20,000 nucleotides of DNA, from sequence record SRR2962707_896; one strand, given 5' to 3'. A program made the position numbers and the translations under genes. Positions 17,627 to 20,000 of this stretch are shown in pieces (the stretch's first letter is position 1; every line of letters begins with the position of its first letter). The notes beneath the pieces are model-generated. The model saw only the letters and a list, made by a program, of their open reading frames with translations, ran no database searches and was not told the origin of the DNA.

Positions 17627-17700
17627 CAGCAGATGGGCAATACCGAACTCGTCAGCGGCGGCGAGGGCGTAAACAAAGGGGCGACCGAGCAGCACTCCGT
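17627..17700 (-). pseudogene. lldD: Second, shorter orphan copy of the lldD 3' region
   Basis: Ungapped 74-bp match to 18388-18461, 57/74 identical by hand count. Translates to [24 protein letters not shown] versus [24 protein letters not shown] in the intact gene. Confidence 0.85.
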
Positions 17701-17732
17701 GGTTGGAAGGGACGGAGCCGTCCGCACCAGAC

Positions 17733-17942
17733 CTACTGCCACTCGATTTTTATATCTTTGTGCGACTGAGCACAGTCCCGCAGGTAAAGATTGATCAGGC
17801 TCTGATACGGCAGGTCCGTCTTCTCCGCCAGATCCTTGAAGTACGCAATGGTGTCTTCATCCAGCCGGATCGTGACCTGCTTCTTGAGCTTCTTGGCGTA
17901 GGGGTTCTTGGTGGACTTGGAAAAATCGTAGTCGTCACGCAT
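17733..17942 (-). CDS. brnA: BrnA-family antitoxin (ribbon-helix-helix)
   Basis: MRDDYDFSKSTKNPYAKKLKKQVTIRLDEDTIAYFK..PYQSLINLYLRDC. Its start overlaps the brnT stop (ATGCGTGA). Confidence 0.9.
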   Translation of the reverse strand: MRDDYDFSKSTKNPYAKKLKKQVTIRLDEDTIAYFKDLAEKTDLPYQSLINLYLRDCAQSHKDIKIEWQ

Positions 17943-18228
17943 GGCGGTATTCCTCATAGGTGGTTCGCTCGCGCCTGTTCGCCTTACGGGCGGAGATGAT
18001 GCGGATGGTGTCCGCCTCTCGGACGCAATGGCAGACCACCAACAGGCGCGAATGGATGCTCGTGCCGAGAAGGATGAACCGGTCCTCCTCAGTAGAATGG
18101 TCCGGGTCTCCAATGACGCGGGCGAACTCGTCGGTAAACGCCGTTTTGGCTTCCTGAAACGAAACGCCGTGCTTGCGCTGGTTGGACGCTTCCTTTCGCG
18201 GGTCCCATTCAAATTCCAGATGGCTCAT
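17935..18228 (-). CDS. brnT: BrnT-family ribonuclease toxin
   Basis: FEWDPRK..SN.RKHGVSF.EA..D.DHS..EDRFILLG..LLVV.H..IRIISARKA..ER..Y. Confidence 0.93.
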   Translation of the reverse strand: MSHLEFEWDPRKEASNQRKHGVSFQEAKTAFTDEFARVIGDPDHSTEEDRFILLGTSIHSRLLVVCHCVREADTIRIISARKANRRERTTYEEYRHA

Positions 18229-18235
18229 GCATTAC

Positions 18236-18263
18236 AATGTAGTTATTTTGTAGTTTTTGTCAA
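18236..18263 (-). promoter_or_regulatory. Sigma70 promoter of brnTA
   Basis: Minus-strand TTGACA (18263-18258), 16-nt spacer, TACATT (18241-18236). The brnT ATG follows after 7 nt. A TGTAGTT direct repeat and TACAA/TTGTA inverted repeat overlap it and may be a BrnA operator. Confidence 0.7.
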
Positions 18264-18294
18264 GCAGGCGTGCCAAACCCGCTCGCTACCGGCA

Positions 18295-19431
18295 TCACAC
18301 CCGCACCAAACTCTCCCTCGAAACCTCCCCAACCGCCTGCGCCCCGGTCAACGTCATCGCCACCCGCATCTCGCTGGCGATCAGGTCCAGCACATGGGCC
18401 ACGCCCTGCTCACCGGCGGCGGCGAGGGCGTAGACGAAGGCGCGGCCCAGCAGTACGCCGTCGGCGCCCAGGGCGAGCAGGCGCACCACGTCCAGGCCGG
18501 AGCGGACGCCGGAATCCGCCAGGATCGTCAGGTCGCCCTGGACGGCGTCGGCGATGGCCGGCAGGGCCCGGGCGGAGGAGAGCACGCCATCGAGCTGGCG
18601 CCCGCCGTGGTTGGAGACAACGATGCCGTCCGCGCCGAAGCGCCCCGCCTCGCGGGCGTCCTCCGGGTCGAGAATGCCCTTGAGCACCATCGCGCCCTGC
18701 CAATACTCACGAATCCATTCCAGATCCCGCCAACCGATGGACGGATCGAAGTTCTCGCCCAGCCAGCCAATGTAATCCTCCAGGTGGATGCGATGGCCCA
18801 GATAGGCCGACACATTACCCAGATCGTGCGGCCGCCCGCGCAGGCCCACGTCCCACGCCCAGCGCGGGTGCGTCACCGCCTGCAGCATCCGCCGCCAGGC
18901 CGCGAAGGGCCCGGACATCCCCGAATGCCGATCGCGATAGCGCGCCCCCGGCACCGGCATATCCACCGTGAACACCAGGGTCCGCACCCCCGCCGCCCAG
19001 GCCCGCTCCAGTGCGTTCTTCATGAAACCGCGGTCGCGCAGCACATACAGTTGAAACCACATCGGCCGCGTCATCGCCGGCTGCACCTCCTCGATAGGAC
19101 ACACCGACACCGACGACAACGTAAACGGCACGCCCCGCGACGCCGCCGCCCGCGCCGCCTGCACCTCGCCCCGCCGCGCGAACATCCCGGTAAGCCCCAC
19201 CGGCGCCAACGCCACCGGCAGGCTCACCGCCTCCCCGAACAACCGCGCCGACAGATCCACCTCCCCCACTTCCTTCAACACCCGCTGCCGCAACGCCAAA
19301 TCGCGCAGATCCGCCACATTGCGCGCCAGGGTGTGCTCGTCGTACGCGCCCCCGTCGATGTAGTGGAACAGGAACGGCGGCAGGCGGCGTTTGGCGGCGA
19401 GGCGGTAATCGTGGGTGGAGGAGATGATCAT
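18295..19431 (-). CDS. lldD: FMN-dependent L-lactate dehydrogenase
   Basis: [94 protein letters not shown]. Confidence 0.97.
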   Translation of the reverse strand: MIISSTHDYRLAAKRRLPPFLFHYIDGGAYDEHTLARNVADLRDLALRQRVLKEVGEVDLSARLFGEAVSLPVALAPVGLTGMFARRGEVQAARAAASRGVPFTLSSVSVCPIEEVQPAMTRPMWFQLYVLRDRGFMKNALERAWAAGVRTLVFTVDMPVPGARYRDRHSGMSGPFAAWRRMLQAVTHPRWAWDVGLRGRPHDLGNVSAYLGHRIHLEDYIGWLGENFDPSIGWRDLEWIREYWQGAMVLKGILDPEDAREAGRFGADGIVVSNHGGRQLDGVLSSARALPAIADAVQGDLTILADSGVRSGLDVVRLLALGADGVLLGRAFVYALAAAGEQGVAHVLDLIASEMRVAMTLTGAQAVGEVSRESLVRV

Positions 19432-19541
19432 GGTTGTCTCAACAAAGCGGGAAAGTGCTACTTATCGTCTGTAGACCGTAATTCGCCGTCTGCGCTCTAC
19501 TGGAAGGGTCAATTTAAGGAGAGTAATTGAAGGAGGCGGAG

Positions 19542-19766
19542 ATGACCAAGCCAGATGACCTGGAGCAGAGCGACGTGCGCGATGCGGCCTGCCTTGCTGT
19601 TGAGCAGTTTAACTACATGGAAGCACTGTTCTCAGCGCTAGCGGACCGGCTGGATGCTTTCGGCCGCGAAGACAAAACAATCTTGGATGCCAAAAGACTT
19701 GCCTTACTGGGCCGCAGTCATGCCGAACAGTGGGCCTGTGCCTTTCTGGATGAAACCAATGGCTAA
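19542..19766 (+). CDS. Small hypothetical protein, phage/satellite-like
   Basis: Strong AAGGAGG RBS; helical 74-aa protein (EQFNYMEALFSALADRL..AKRLALLGR); its stop overlaps the next ATG. Confidence 0.6.
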   Translation: MTKPDDLEQSDVRDAACLAVEQFNYMEALFSALADRLDAFGREDKTILDAKRLALLGRSHAEQWACAFLDETNG

Positions 19767-19932
19767 CCAAGCAGACAGAGAAAGCATCATGAAAAAGCGC
19801 AAGCCGAACATTGAGATCGGGCACTATCGTGGGAGCCGCTATTGGGGTGTTTGGGTTGATTCGGAGCTGCTTGCGGTGGTGTGTTATCGGAAGGGAGCTG
19901 AGGCGATTAAATCGGCTTTGTTGGATCGGTAG
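19759..19932 (+). CDS. Small hypothetical protein
   Basis: ATG overlaps the previous stop (ATGGCTAA); protein-like sequence RYWGVWVDSELLAVVCYRKGAEAIK. Alternative start at 19789. Confidence 0.55.
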   Translation: MANQADRESIMKKRKPNIEIGHYRGSRYWGVWVDSELLAVVCYRKGAEAIKSALLDR

Positions 19933-20000
19933 AGCTTCAAACCGCAGACTGGCTAAGGGGTATGATCAGCCTGTGTAGTGATGGTATTCACCTGACAGTC

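Noticed and set aside
17943-18212. N-terminal extension of the 159-aa ORF 17733..18212
   Set aside because: Overlaps brnT out of frame; BrnA similarity begins at the Met at 17942.
17610-19509. TGGAAGGG repeated at 17610, 17704 and 19501 as a possible target-site duplication
   Set aside because: An 8-mer is too short, and it does not occur at the 13551/13709 junctions.
17941-19530. 529-aa plus-strand ORF
   Set aside because: Antisense shadow of lldD and brnT in GC-rich DNA; Arg/Pro/His-rich with no recognisable motif.
1-20000. CRISPR array, tRNA/rRNA, IS transposase, integrase or integron attC sites
   Set aside because: No regularly spaced repeats, RNA-gene signatures, recombinase motifs or convincing attC structures seen by eye.

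Overview
GC-rich proteobacterial accessory region. The gene content suggests a marine gammaproteobacterium such as Alcanivoracaceae or Marinobacter, but that is inference only. Left to right it contains: a 5'-truncated lipoprotein type-B carboxylesterase; a divergent MFS/HxlR pair; a large unknown lipoprotein; a divergent MBL hydrolase/GlxA-AraC pair; a minus-strand run of YdeI-DUF1905, map, a YD-repeat lipoprotein, VOC and GNAT genes; a DUF4034/Sel1 protein; a LysR-linked YcaC-cpo-YcaC cluster; an orphan lipoprotein; a brnT/brnA toxin-antitoxin pair; lldD; and two small phage-like ORFs. The most striking unannotated structure lies downstream of the intact lldD: two diverged orphan copies of its 3' end (17627-17700 and 13551-13709). 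Both begin at essentially the same codon (D/G-V-L-L-G-R) and separate unrelated cargo blocks. This looks like a tandem cassette array built at the lldD tail, with no integrase visible in the window. An 18-bp inverted repeat also covers the MFS start codon and RBS and coincides with a probable HxlR operator.
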